64,000 nt of DNA from Octopus sinensis (GCF_006345805.1 NC_043008.1:37634001-37698000); one strand, 5' to 3'; shown: positions 14,428-27,593, counted from the first letter of the stretch. The notes: generated by a model not told the origin, from the sequence alone. Numbers and translations are program-made.

Positions 14428-14830
14428 AGGAGTGGCTGTGTAGTAAGTAGCTTGCTAACCAGCCACATGGTTCCGGGTTCAGTCCCACTGCGTGGCATCT
14501 TGGGCAAGTGTCTTCTGCTATAGCCCCGGGCCGACCAATGCCTTGTGAGTGGATTTGGTAGATGGAAACTGAAAGAAGCCTGTCATATATATGTATATAT
14601 ATATATATATGTGTATGTGTGTGTGTTTGTGTGTCTGTGTATGTCCCCCTAGCATTGCTTGACAACCGATGCTGGTGTGTTTACGTCCCCGTCACTTAGC
14701 GGTTCGGCAAAAGAGACCGATAGAATAAGTACTGAGCTTACAAAGAATAAGTCCCGGGGTCGATTTGCTCGACTAAAGGTGGTGCTCCAGCATGGCCGCA
14801 GTTAAATGACTGAAACAAGTAAAAGAGTAA
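14428..14830 (+). mobile_element. SINE family A (tRNA head, CORE-like ccttgggcaagtgtcttct, internal microsatellite, tail tgactgaaacaagtaaaaga)
   Basis: Most abundant repeat in the window. Other copies at about 29090-29360 (+), 29450-29895 (-), 35205-35595 (+), 36030-36420 (+), 38950-39752 (-), 46125-46510 (-), 49600-50060 (+), 52312-52740 (+), 53225-53650 (+). Confidence 0.9.
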
Positions 14831-14843
14831 AAGAGCAAAGAGA

Positions 14844-14886
<43 letters not shown>

Positions 14887-15496
14887 AATTAGGGAAGAAC
14901 CATGAAGTAATTCAAGAATGATATACTTAAATCATACCATATAGAAAAAATTTTAAGTTACGATATTTATATATAAATATATATGATGATGATGATGATA
15001 TATGTATTGTATGTATACATATATACACACACATACACATACATGCACATGCATACACACACATATATACACATATACACACATATACAACATGCACGTA
15101 TACATACACTCACATGCATATACACACATATACATTTATAAATGTATATGTGTGTATATGGATGTGTGTGTGTGTGCATGTGCATGTATGTATACGTGCA
15201 TGTTGTATATGTGTGTATATGTGTTTGTGTATACATGTGCATCCATGTGTGTGTATATGTGTGTGAATGCGTGTGCACGTGTGTGTGTATGTCTATGTGT
15301 ATGTGTGTGTGTATGTATGTGCATGTGTCTATGTATGTATGTGTGCATGTGTGTGCATGCCTCCTTGTCTTGACATTGTACAACAGTGGTAAATGAGTGT
15401 CACTATGATACAAACTGCGATATTCATTTCCAATCTAAAAAATATGAGGATGGTGATATACACACACACACACACACACACACAGATATCTACTAT

Positions 15497-15880
15497 GGAA
15501 GCACTCCGTCGGTTACGACGATGAGGGTTCCGGTTGATCCGAATTAACGGAACAGCCTGCTTGTGAAATTAACGTGTAAGTGGCTGAGCACTCCACAGGC
15601 ACGTGCACCCTTAACGTTGTTCTCGGGGATATTCAGCGTGACACAGAGAGTGACAAGGCCGGCCCCTTGAAATATAGGTACAACAGAAACAGGAAGTAAG
15701 AGTGAGAGAAAGTTGTGGTGAAAGAGTACAGCAGGGATCACCACCATCCCCTGCCGGAGCCTCGTGGAGCTTTTAGGTGTTTTCGCTCAATAAACACTCA
15801 CAACGCCCGGTCTGGGAATCGAAACCGCGATCCTATGACCGCGAGTCCGCTGCCCTAACCATTGGGCCATTGCGCCTCCA
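15497..15880 (-). mobile_element. Young tRNA-derived SINE (family C)
   Basis: Minus strand begins GGAGGCGCAATGGCCCAATGGTTAGGGCAGCGGACTCGCGG...GGTTTCGATTCCC (A and B boxes), with CpGs retained; related copy at 26960-27153. Confidence 0.85.
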
Positions 15881-16311
15881 CTATCTTCTATGAACGTAGT
15901 TTTGTTTAAAAGTAGTCCCAGTGTTCAGATTATAGTTGTATTGTCTCATCCAATTATTATTCTGTTATAATATTACAAAAGATCTCAAAACAAAAAAATG
16001 ATATTCACATTTATTAAACTCACACCTTTGTACCTTTGACCCTAACTTTCCAAAAAGAGAGGCTGAAGAGAACCAGTCAGGCAATAACTCTGATTAATTT
16101 GCATAAGGCAGTCAAACGCAGCATCGTAGTAAATGACATTTCATTCAATGCATCTTTTATTTATAAGTAGAAGCTGATTGTTTTTGTAAATTAACTTTCC
16201 AAAGATAGTAAAAAAAAAAAAATTAAGACTTTTTGCACATATATAAATACATGCATATATCTATACATATGTGTATGCACGTGTGTAAATGTATATTCAT
16301 GTATATGTGTG

Positions 16312-16355
<44 letters not shown>

Positions 16356-16591
16356 AATTAGAGAAGAACTGACTTTTATCAATTCAACAATGAAATAACA
16401 ACGATATAATTAAATTATACCATATAGAAAAAAATTGAATATACGATAAAATATGTACCATTATTTAAGTAAAGTGCAAAATAATAAATAAAATGTATAT
16501 AATTGGTATATATATACCAATTATATATTCCTTTCCAATCTTAAAAATATGATGATGCTGATATACATACCTACACACACACAAATATATT

Positions 16592-16637
<46 letters not shown>

Positions 16638-16745
16638 CATATATATGCATATATATATATATGTGTGTACATAGACACATACATATATGTACATATACAC
16701 ACATATACATGTATAAACATGTATGTGTGTGTGTGTATATGTATG

Positions 16746-16787
<42 letters not shown>

Positions 16788-17260
16788 CACACACATGCTT
16801 TTATGCATACACATACATACATGCATTCATTTATTTTGTCATTTGTTAATAATTAAGTTTTTCCATGCTGGCATGAAATAGATAATTCTATTATTGATAC
16901 CTTATTTCACAGCCTGCTTTTACTTCTCTCCATAATCCTTACCAATTTTTCCAGGAAGCGATCACCCTTACCTTCAAAGGCATGAAGGGAGGCAATGGTT
17001 CTTTGACAGAAGGAATAACAACAGCCCTCATAACTCACAACCTTTCCAAAGCACAAATATAAGCAAACACTCAGTGTGTTTCTTTTACCAAATCTATTGA
17101 CAAGGCTTTTGTTGGGTGAGGTTATGTAGCAGAAACTTGCTCAAGATGTTATGCAATAGGATTGAATCTGAAACCATGTGACTATCAAGCAGACTTCTTA
17201 ACCACACACCCATGTCTCTCTCTCTTTCTCTTTCTCTGTCTGTCTCTCTCTCTCTCTTTC

Positions 17261-17322
<62 letters not shown>

Positions 17323-17525
17323 TGTGTGTGTGTATGTCATTATTAATATTAGGAAATCAATATCGAAACTCCTCAGAAAGATATACACGTGTGAAAAATA
17401 ATTGTATTAAAAATATATAAATAAATAAATATTAATATGTATTTAAAAAAATATGTAAATATGTATAAACATAAATATATAATGTATATAACAGTTTAAA
17501 AGTTTCGAATTAATTATTTAAAGCG

Positions 17526-17613
17526 TCTTATGATCGTTTCACAGAAGAGTTGTCCCTATAATGAGATCCTATATTGATAAGCATTTATAGACAATGCTTT
17601 TGCTCTTCAGAGA
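17526..17613 (-). ncRNA. Type I hammerhead motif, decayed
   Basis: TCT CTGAAGA GCA...CTTCTGT GAAAC GATC ATA AGA; homologous to 37393-37480. Confidence 0.55.
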
Positions 17614-18293
17614 AAAAAATTTGAATTCTGTATAACATATCAAATGGTTTTCTTTTTAAAATTTGAAGTAAAACTATAAAATAGTGTTTGTTTGAAAGAT
17701 AAATTGAAAATTAATTTACTTGTTGCTGTCATTAGACTGCAGCCATTTTGGGGCACTGACTTGAAGGAATTTAGTTGATTGAATCAACTCCAGTACATTT
17801 TTTTAAGCCAAGTACTTATTCTATTGATCTCATTGACTGAACTGTTAAGTTACAGGGACATAAACATTGGTTGTCAAACGGTGGGGAGACACAAAGACAC
17901 ACATACACACACATATGTATATATCTGAGAGGCTTCTTTCAGTTTCCATCTACCAAATCCACTCACAAGGCTTTGGTTGGCTCAAGGCTATAGAAGACAT
18001 TTATGTAATGCATTATGCAATGGGACTGAATGTTGGAACCATGTTGTTGGGAAGCAAGCTTCTTACCATGCAGTCAGACCTAAACTTACACACACACATG
18101 TATCTGTGTGTGTGTATCTGTGTGTCTGTGTTAGTCCCCCCATCATTGCATGACAACCAATGCTGGTGTGCTTACGTCGCCGTAACATAGTGGTTCGGCA
18201 AAAGAGATCAATAGAAAAAGTACTAGGCTTGCAAGGAATAAGTCCTGGGGTCGATTTGTTTGACTAAAGGCTGAAACAAATAAAGACTATATA

Positions 18294-18339
<46 letters not shown>

Positions 18340-18341
18340 AT

Positions 18342-18386
<45 letters not shown>

Positions 18387-18618
18387 TATATATAATTAAA
18401 TAATATGGGTGACTTATTAGCAATGTAACAACCTAAAGACAAATTTAAAGATGTCACTAAAGTGACAGAAGATACAGAGTGGTACCAGCATTGCTAGAAA
18501 TAAGAGTCAAAATAACTCATTAACAACAAGAGCACTATCTTAATACACTGACAAGTGAGACAAAGCTCCCTATGTTCACAGATATAGCCATATCACATGA
18601 TTTCAAATTTTGATGCAG

Positions 18619-18653
<35 letters not shown>

Positions 18654-18755
18654 CTAAAATAGGATAAAATTTTTATAAGTATTTATCAAGTAGTTAGCAT
18701 GAAAAACCTTCTAAGAGAAAAAATCCACCAATTTTTTCACTTGAATATATTTATT

Positions 18756-18988
18756 TATATTATATAGAGGGCATTACTATACATAAATGCCACATACTAA
18801 GAGGAACTCATAAAGTCAAAACTACCAAAATAAATAAACACATTGTACCGAATGCAACTCTCAAAGCAAGTCACTTGTTTCGAGAGTTGCATTCAGTACG
18901 ATGTGTTTATTTATTTTGGTAGTTTTGACTTTATGAGTCCCTCTTAGCATGTAGCATTTATGTATAGTAATGCCCTCTATATAATATA
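18756..18988. repeat. 233-bp near-perfect palindrome
   Basis: 116-bp arms around a 1-nt centre at 18872; 7 mismatches counted, all transitions. Confidence 0.95.
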
Positions 18989-19205
18989 TATATATATATA
19001 TACATACATGCATACATAAATATATATATATATATATAATACAAATAAGAAAATGGAGGAACAAATTCATTTCAATCATCAACTTACAGATATTACCAAT
19101 TCATATTATTTATTAACTACATAAATAGGAACATCCAAATCCAATAAAACAATATACATCAATATGTAAGATAATAATACCATAAGAATAATACACATAA
19201 AATGG

Positions 19206-19335
19206 ATCTTACAGCTGTTTCAGCCTGTAGATAAAGGTATCTCATTCTGCCAATATTAGTCAGATGTATTGAGATAATATGCAGTTAAAAATGAGTTACT
19301 TATATATATATATATCTCAAGGCCTCGTCAGAGAT
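19206..19335 (-). ncRNA. Type I hammerhead ribozyme motif with intact core
   Basis: ATCT CTGACGA GGCCT [long loop] AGGCT GAAAC AGCT GTA AGAT: stem I 4 bp, stem II 5 bp (first pair G.U), palindromic stem III, GUA cleavage triplet. Confidence 0.7.
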
Positions 19336-19396
19336 TATAAAGTACAATTATAAAAACGCAATTATAAATATGAAACAAAATACACATACACAAGAA

Positions 19397-20369
19397 TACG
19401 TCTATTTGTGGTGTCCTGTACTCACGTATATATATTTATATATGCATGTATATATATACCTATATATATTTATATATGCATGTATATATATACATGTAGA
19501 TGTAGGTACGTACATATATGTATGTATGTATGTATGCATATATTTTATTTATTACATTATTGTATGACTGAGCGCCCTCGCATCGATTCGATTCGTTTTC
19601 GTTTCGTTTCATCTCCTCCAAGTAAGTTTTGTTATTTATAATTGTGACGCGAAACTCTACAACTTGACCTTCCCTTCCTTCCCTATCTCCCTCTCTCTCT
19701 CACTCCTCCTCATCTCTCTCTCACAGCCGCTTGTCTTCCTCTATCTCTCTCTCTCTCTCACTCCTCATCTCTTTCACAGCCAGGCGAGTTGCTTCCTTTT
19801 GCCATTGGCATTCTAACAGTGAACACTGTTCTTCTAGCGCTCTTAGAATCTTTCCTCGTGTAGGCCAGCATTAAGGCCCTCATTGTCTGTTTTTTTGTTT
19901 GTTTTATTTCTTGTACTGTATTTTTCGTACTTGTAATTTTATTCTGTATTTTTATTTTTTGTATTTTTATTTTGTATTTTATTTTGTAATTTTCTTTGTA
20001 TCGTTTTTTTTGTCACATGTTTAACATTGCTTGTTTTTACCCCTCTGCGAAGTAATTTTATTTAATTCCTTTGCAGGAAGGACTAGTTCCACGAGTTGTG
20101 TTCTGTCCTCACCTTCGAAACACGCTGGATTTGAACTAGGGACAGTTGATGAAGGGGATTTTTCCTTGTGTAGTTTGTCTTCTACTCTGTTTTTTTCGTT
20201 TAGGTCCGTTTCCACATTTGTTTTTACGTTTTCGTTTCTCGCTGAGTTCTACGTCTATTTGTGGTGTCCTGTACTCATGTATATATATTTATATATGCAT
20301 GTATATATACATGTAGATGTAGGTACGTACATATATGTATGTATGTATGCATATATTTTATTTATTACA
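19397..20369 (+). mobile_element. Non-coding element bounded by 120-160 bp direct repeats (pLTR-like)
   Basis: tacgtctatttgtggtgtcctgtactc...attttatttattaca at 19397-19555 and 20250-20369; an inverted partial copy at about 46540-46810. Confidence 0.6.
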
Positions 20370-20373
20370 CTAT

Positions 20374-20415
<42 letters not shown>

Positions 20416-21670
20416 TATATAGATATATATATAAGTATATATATAATAATATACATACACATAAGGTTACAGATAATCAAATATATATACTGGAGTATAC
20501 ATATACATCCACGTCAATGGGTACATATACAATTTTCATTACATTACCAAAACTATTAATATTATTATTATTATTATTAATAATACTAATATTAGATTAT
20601 GTGCATTCTGCTATTCACAATACATAGTAAATGGAAAATACCACATAGAATATAGTATAATATAATATAGTATAATATAATATAATATAATATAGTATAA
20701 CATAATATATAGACAGATGCTTATGAAAGATGCAAGCACATTAATTCAACAAATAATGTCATTATATTCATATATCATACAGTCAAAATCGAAACTTCAG
20801 TCTTATTCTGCATACATATATATATATACACAGGTAACAAACATATGCATATGCATATACATACATGCACATAAACATCCACTGATACATATAAAGAGAT
20901 TTTATCCTTTTACATCATACAAAAGATACATGTAAGAAGTGGTGTATATGTATATTCTTTTCTACTCTAGGCACAAGGCCTGAAATTTTTGGGGAAGGGG
21001 GGTCCAGTGGACTAGATCAACCCCAGTATGCAACTGGTACTCAATTTATAAACCGCGAAAGGATGAAAAGCAAAGTCGACCTTGGCAGAAATTGAACTCA
21101 GAATGTAAAGACATGAAATACCGCTAAGCTTTTCGCCTGTCATACTAACGTTTCTGCCAGCTTGCCGCCTTTGTGTATATGTATATTGTTGACTCCATGA
21201 GAAAATGCATACACAGCCTCAGGCATTGGGAAGGGCATCATACCAGCTAGTAATTATGAACCTAGACTTTGAGAGGCAGAATGTGATGACCTCTCCAACC
21301 CATAGCAACCCATGGAAAACATATGTAAAATGATGATAATGATGATGATGACGATAAACATAATGACCATAATGATGATCATGCTATATGTATGTATATA
21401 TATATACATATATGTATGTATGTATGTATGTATTAATTGGGTGTGAAGTGTGTATATTATTATTACGTAGATGAAAATGTTGAAAAAATAATTCTATAAT
21501 ACTGGCATTTCTTTTGTGTTTACTTAATGTTCTTAGGATTTTAATTCAACAAAGAATTTTTAATGCCAAATAAAATAGATATTGATGCCATGAGAATATG
21601 TGTCTGTTTGCCGTTCTGTGTCTGTGTGTATTTGTGTGTGTGTGTGAGTGTGTGCACGTTTGTCTGTCTG

Positions 21671-21711
<41 letters not shown>

Positions 21712-21831
21712 ATATACAAATATATATACATATGTGTGTGTGTATACAAATATCTATATACATTCATATACATATGTGTGTATGTGTATTAGTTGTATGA
21801 GTGTGAACATGTTTGTGTCTGTATATGTGTT

Positions 21832-21873
<42 letters not shown>

Positions 21874-22616
21874 TGTGATGAGTGCTTATTGCTTTTTATT
21901 GGATTGCGTTCAATTTTATTTCAAAATTAAAATGAAAAAGGCCAAAATATTTTCTCCATCACCACAATCATCATCATCCACACCACACTCAATAACCACA
22001 ACAACAACAACAGCAATAACAGCTACAACAACAACAAGTACATCAAAATCAATAACAACAGCAGCTTTACACTCTTCATCAATAAGATCATCACAATTAT
22101 CAACAACATCAATTATTATTGATAGAAATTTTTCAGTAATTTCTAATACAACCATTTAATTATTAATATCATAATTATCAGCGTCATCATCGTCATGGTC
22201 ACCATCATCATTGTCATCACGATGAACAACAACAATACCATCAAATTCTTAAACAGCCAGAACATCATAGTACAACATTGAAGTGTCAATATAATCACTC
22301 AACCTATTAGAAAGAGCAGCCGAATAACCCTCGAAACATAATGACCAGAAGAAGCAGCATTGGATGAGAGAGTGGAAGGAATGAATGTATGATGGAAAAA
22401 GAAAGGTAGGATTATGTAGACTAGAGGAAGCTGGAAAATGATTGCCAATTGCAAAGGTAGACAGATGTAAAGGTGGGTAATGTGATAACAGCAAGCGGTA
22501 ATGGGGAGAGATAGAAGCGACCCAGGGAAGAGAGAGAGAGAGATAAAGAGTGAGAGAGACAGACAGACAGAGTAGTAAAGTCACAGAGTATTAAGAAGTG
22601 GGATGTAGGTGACTTC

Positions 22617-22905
22617 ATGCTGTCTGTTTGATGCAGTCTGATTAATGCATTCTGATGCAGTCTGGTTAATTCAATCTGATGCAATCTATTTGATGCAGTT
22701 TGTTTGATGCATTCTGATGCTGTCTGATGCAATCTGTTTGATGCAGTCTGTTTCATGCAGTCTGATTAATGTATTCTGACGCAGTCTGATGTTGTCTGAT
22801 GCAATTTGTTTGATACCATCTGCTTGAAGCAGTCTGTTTGATGCAGTCTTTTTGATGCATTCTGATGCAATGTGATTGATGCAATCTGTTTGATGCAGTC
22901 TCTTA
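22617..22905. repeat. 14-15 bp minisatellite (TGATGCAGTCTGTT)n
   Basis: About 20 degenerate copies; one more TGATGCAGTCTCTTATA copy at about 23120. Confidence 0.9.
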
Positions 22906-22909
22906 TACT

Positions 22910-23135
22910 TAGGCCTAGAGAAGGGTAGAAGGTACCAGATAGATGAAGATGATACTGGCAGATGAGAAGGGGAAGGCTGCAATGTACCGGAAAAAATGGA
23001 TGAGTATGGTCTGTTATCAAACGTAACAGTGAAGGGCAAGGATGTCAGAAGGATTAGGATGAAGTTAACAGTACAAAGGGGTAACATTACAGTATACTGG
23101 GAAAAGATATGAGGGTGGACTGATGCAGTCTCTTA
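22910..23135 (-). mobile_element. Penelope-like GIY-YIG C-terminal fragment
   Basis: GTLQP remnant resembling the EQHLIFRLGTLQP end of PLE endonucleases. Confidence 0.45.
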
Positions 23136-23529
23136 TAGATAAACCTAATAAAGATCAAAGATATCAAAATGAATAAGATGTTGATAGCAGCACAGGTGGA
23201 GTGATGTTACACAGCAGTGTACAGGGAATTAAAATCTATGGAAGTAGAAGGATGAATTGATCAGTGTTGTCCTAGGTACACTATGTCTGAAAAGAAAATG
23301 TAATGGTCTTGACTAAAACACCTGTGATTATTGGTTTTCTGGGTTAGGGATGCCAACAATGAGATAATCAGAATGTTTAACAATGAAACTATCATAAGCC
23401 GTCATAGATATGCAGCTACTCTGACTCTACACAAGTCACCTTGAAACATGACTCAAAAATAACAGAGATTTAGAATATCACCTTCCAAATCACTCATTCA
23501 TATATCTCCTGTCTAGCAACTCCAAAGAA

Positions 23530-23985
23530 CATTAAACTGAACAGTGTTGTGATCGTTACCAGCGTTGCCTTACTGGCACTTGTGCCTGTGCTAGTAGGGT
23601 GCCAAGAGCACCGTCTGAGTGTGATCATTGCCAGGGCAGCTAATTGGCTTCTGTGCCGGTGGCACATAAAAGGCACCATTCAAGTGTGATCGTTACCAGC
23701 ATCGCCTTACTAGCACCTGTGCCTGTGGCATGTGTTAAAAGATTCAAGTAAGGTTGTTGGCAGTACCGCCTGACTGGCCCCCCTGCCGGTGGCATGTAAA
23801 AAGCACCCACTACACTCTCGGAGTGGTTGGTGTTAAGAAGGGCATCCAGCTGTAGAAACTCTGCCAGATCAAGATTGCAGCCTGGTGCAGCCATCTGGTT
23901 TGCCAGCCCTCAGTCAAAATCGTCCAACCCATGTTAGCATGGAAAGTGGATGGTAAACGATGATGATGATGATGATGATGATGAA
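23530..23985 (+). mobile_element. Dispersed repeat with RTE-like 3' tail and (GAT)n end, with internally repeated modules
   Basis: ggcacctgtgccggtggc modules and tail ccaacccatgctagcatggaaag...gatgatgat; copies at about 25625-25945 (+), 47570-47800 (-), 57515-57985 (-), 58940-59070 (-). Confidence 0.75.
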
Positions 23986-24797
23986 TGTCATAATTAGCAA
24001 CATACATAAACCACACAGTATAGCTAGACGTACATTCTCTTTCTCCACCTTTTAAAACAGTTCAGTACGTCATGAGGGTGATTTGGCTGCTGTTTCTGAT
24101 AGGTTAAGAGACTATAATAGAGGCTTCTTTGTTGCACCAGTATCTCACAGTTGTTTACAATTTTATGTTGTTGTTGCTCGTGGTGATGTTGATGTCGATT
24201 ATTATGATATTAATGATTAAATGGTTACAACCAAAATTCCTATAAATAATAAGTGAGGTTTTTAATAATTGTGATGCTCACACACACACACACATACACA
24301 TACACACACATATCTTTGTGTGCATGTACAAGTGTGTGTACAAGTGTGTGTACAAGTGTGCAAGTATGTGTACGAGTGTGAGTGTGTGTCTATGTCTTCA
24401 CCGTGTCATTGTTTGAGCAAAATCAGTGACATTGTTTATATCTGTTGTAAACAATATGACCAAACATCTTGGCAGTTTTGTCATATGTGAAGACCAGTGA
24501 AATAAATAAAACAAAGATCTTTATTAGAAATACAATAAGGGTTGCTTACACTAAGAACACCCAACAGTTTATAATACTATTTCAGTAAGTCTCATCTAAC
24601 CCATGCCAGCTTAAAGAAAGAGGATGTAAAACTGATGAAGATGACAGAAATAGCTGCAGCAATAACAACCTCACTAATCTAGAGCACAACACAACAATGC
24701 AGACTCCACCAGTAATAGGTACGGCTGAACAGGATCTGTTTTGTTCTGATAGGAGGTGGACAAGTCCACCTTGCCCACCTTCTCAGATTAGACTCAC

Positions 24798-24856
24798 CAT
24801 TAGACTCTGCTTGCATGCAGAATAAAGAGGAAATTGAAAGGCACCCACAAGAGCAT
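24798..24856 (-). CDS. Putative internal exon (ALVGAFQFPLYSACKQSLM)
   Basis: Acceptor ctgttgtag|, strong donor ATG|gtgagt; 59 nt, phase 1 to 0. Confidence 0.55.
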
Positions 24857-25062
24857 CTACAACAGATCACACTGCATCTGATATCTTTAACTTATTTCAT
24901 TACAGTTACCTAAAAATAGCAGTCAAATCACCCTCAAAATATACAGTACAGACCTTAGAAAAAAAGAAAAGCAATCCAGAACGCTATAATGGATTCACAC
25001 TCAGCCAGTAACAGCTACTGCAGAACAAACTTTTGTCTTATGACTAAGTCTATCTTGTTCAC

Positions 25063-25086
25063 CTTCTCCGTGGTTACGACTAGAAT
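25063..25086 (-). CDS. Candidate 24-nt symmetric microexon (SSRNHGE)
   Basis: Acceptor ctatttctgtag|, donor AAG|gtgaac; phase 1 to 1, so inclusion or skipping preserves frame. Confidence 0.35.
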
Positions 25087-25959
25087 CTACAGAAATAGAC
25101 TGGAGATTAAAAAGCACCCAGGAGGGAATTTGCTGTATATCCAGAACATATTGTTTTATTTTCATAATATTATATTTCTTTGCTTTTATTTTCTATTTTT
25201 ATTCTATTTAAAACATGTAGATAACAATTGTTATGGATAAAAATTTGGAAATCTACCATACCGCTAATCATCACCATCCATGTAAATGATTTATGTTAAG
25301 AAATACTCTGTTGACTGGCTATGATGATAGTAAATGAGTTTCAGCCACCAGCATATATACTAAGTAAAATAAGAGTATGGTACATTACTAATATTGGTTT
25401 CAGCTTTTGGCACAAGGCCAGCAATTTCAGAGGAGAAGGCTTGTCAATCACATGGACCTCAGTGTTCAACTGGTAATTATTCTATTGACCCCCAAAAGAA
25501 TGAGAAGCAAAGTGGACCTTGTGTCTCATGCATGATACATAAGCTTGCCAGTTTATTGTGCTTTCACAGCATGAAACTAATAGTAGCTCAAATTGTATAC
25601 ATTAAATATATATATATATATATCTGTACCAGTGGCATGTATAAAGCACCATCCGTACATGGCTAATGCCAGCTGATGACTGGCTTCCGTGTAGGTGGCA
25701 CGTAAAATCCACCAACCGATCGTGGCCGTTCCCAGCCTCCCCTGGCACCTGTGCCAGTGCTACGTAAAAAGCAGCCACAACACTCATGGAGTGGTTGGCG
25801 TTAGGAAGGGCATTCAGCTGTAGAAACACTGCCAGATCAGACTGGAGCCTGATGCAGCCTCCTGGCTTCCCAGACCCCGGTCGAACCGTCCAACCCATGC
25901 TAGCATGAAAAACGAACGTAAATGATGATGATGATTATGATGATATATATATATAATAG

Positions 25960-26620
25960 TAGTAAAGGTGGTTGGAGCAATTTAAAACCAAAAAGAAATA
26001 GTTCACCATCACTAAAAGTGGTCATAGGGTACAATGCGCACCAGTATTGCTAGAAATAGAAGTCAAAGACACTTTAGCCACAAAAAGTCACATGTTTGAT
26101 TTGAACTGATAGGGGAGACAACACTCACTTCTGTGAGTGAGCTGCATTAGATTAACATGTTAATTTTGTATAAGAAATTAATACTCATCAGTAATGTTTA
26201 TTCCATCATGGGCGATGGCTAAAGAGTCTTTGACTCTTACTTCTAGCAATGCTGGTGCTCATTGCATCCTTTGGTCACTTTTAGTGACGGTGAATTATTT
26301 CTTTTCTGGTTTTAAATTGTTTCCAGCCACCTTTTTTATTTTATAATTATCGCATTATCACTTCGTGAAATCATTACTGACTTCTGTGGCATTTTCTATA
26401 AGGATGATCGGCATAATTTCGGCTCCACCACTTGACAAGTATTAATTTCTTATACGAAACTAACATATTAATCTAATGCAGCTCACTCACAGAGGGTGGT
26501 GCTGTCTCCTCTGTCAGTCCAAATAGAACGTGATTTTTTGTGGTTAAGAAGTCTTTGGCTCCTATTTTTAGTAATGCTGGTGCTCATTGCCCCCTTTGGT
26601 CACTTTCAGTGATGGTGAAC
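25960..26620. repeat. Cluster of nested inverted repeats of one dispersed family
   Basis: 25960-26085 is inverted relative to 26215-26345; 26015-26190 is inverted relative to 26430-26620; related copy at about 18440-18580. Confidence 0.75.
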
Positions 26621-26729
26621 TTTATATATATATATAGTTAATCCAAGCATGAAAACACAAAGAGAAAACACTGCAACGCGAGGACGTGGAACAAGTATAG
26701 TATTATTGGACGCTCAGGAAAGAATGAGG

Positions 26730-26764
26730 GTTTAACATTTTGAGCGGAGCTCTTCGTCAGAAAC
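26730..26764 (-). ncRNA. CpG-decayed minimal hammerhead motif at a PLE-type terminus
   Basis: GTTT CTGACGA AGAGCTCCGCTC AAAA TGTT AAAC; two CpG transitions from CGAAACGTT. Confidence 0.5.
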
Positions 26765-27532
26765 ATAGGAAAAGGAAAGATCCAAAGAAGGGAAGACGGA
26801 GGAAAAAAAATTGCCAACGGTACACACGCGGTCACATATATATATATGTGTGTGTGTGTGTATATATATATATATGTATATATATATTCTGATGTGCACT
26901 CTATACAATCTCTTTACTCTTTTATTTTTCTTTCTGGCAGTCCATTGCAGCATTATTCAAGAAACAGGAAGAAAGAGTGAGAGAAAGTTGGGGCGAAAGA
27001 GTACAACAGGGATCACCACCACCCCCTGTCAGAGCCTCGTGGAGCTTTAAGTGATTTCTCTCAATAAACACACACAACGCCTGGTCTGGGAATCGAAACC
27101 GCGATCCTCCGACCTCGAGTCTGCTGCCCTAACCACTGGGCCATAGCACCTCCAGATGTAGGTACAGTATGGATGAATAATTCCAAATTTTGCTTCACAG
27201 CCACAAAGTCTTCATTTCCATTGCTTGGCATCTTGGTCAATTGACATTTTCTATTGGTTCAGGCTGATCCATATCTTGTGAGTGAAACTGAGTCAGCAGA
27301 AACTGCATAGAAGACCACCAAGTGAATTGCATTCATAATTCTGACAGACACAGCTTGTTGTACACTGTGTCACACTCTGTCTGAGAAATACACTAAGTGT
27401 ACATGTGTTTTTGGAGCATTTAGCTACTTACATTTTAATTAAGGAGCAGCTAATTCAGTTGATCAAGCAACTGAATCCACATTGCTAAACAATGAAAATC
27501 CACCAACCAAATATATATATATAGATACGTAC

Positions 27533-27573
<41 letters not shown>

Positions 27574-27593
27574 TCTTTCACATGTTTTAGCCC

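Noticed and set aside
15810-15880. tRNA gene
   Set aside because: It is the tRNA-like head of a SINE, continuous with the SINE body and present in several diverged copies.
20105-20165. GAAA...TGATGA as a type II hammerhead (also 46750-46810)
   Set aside because: No stem I can be formed between the cleavage site and the core.
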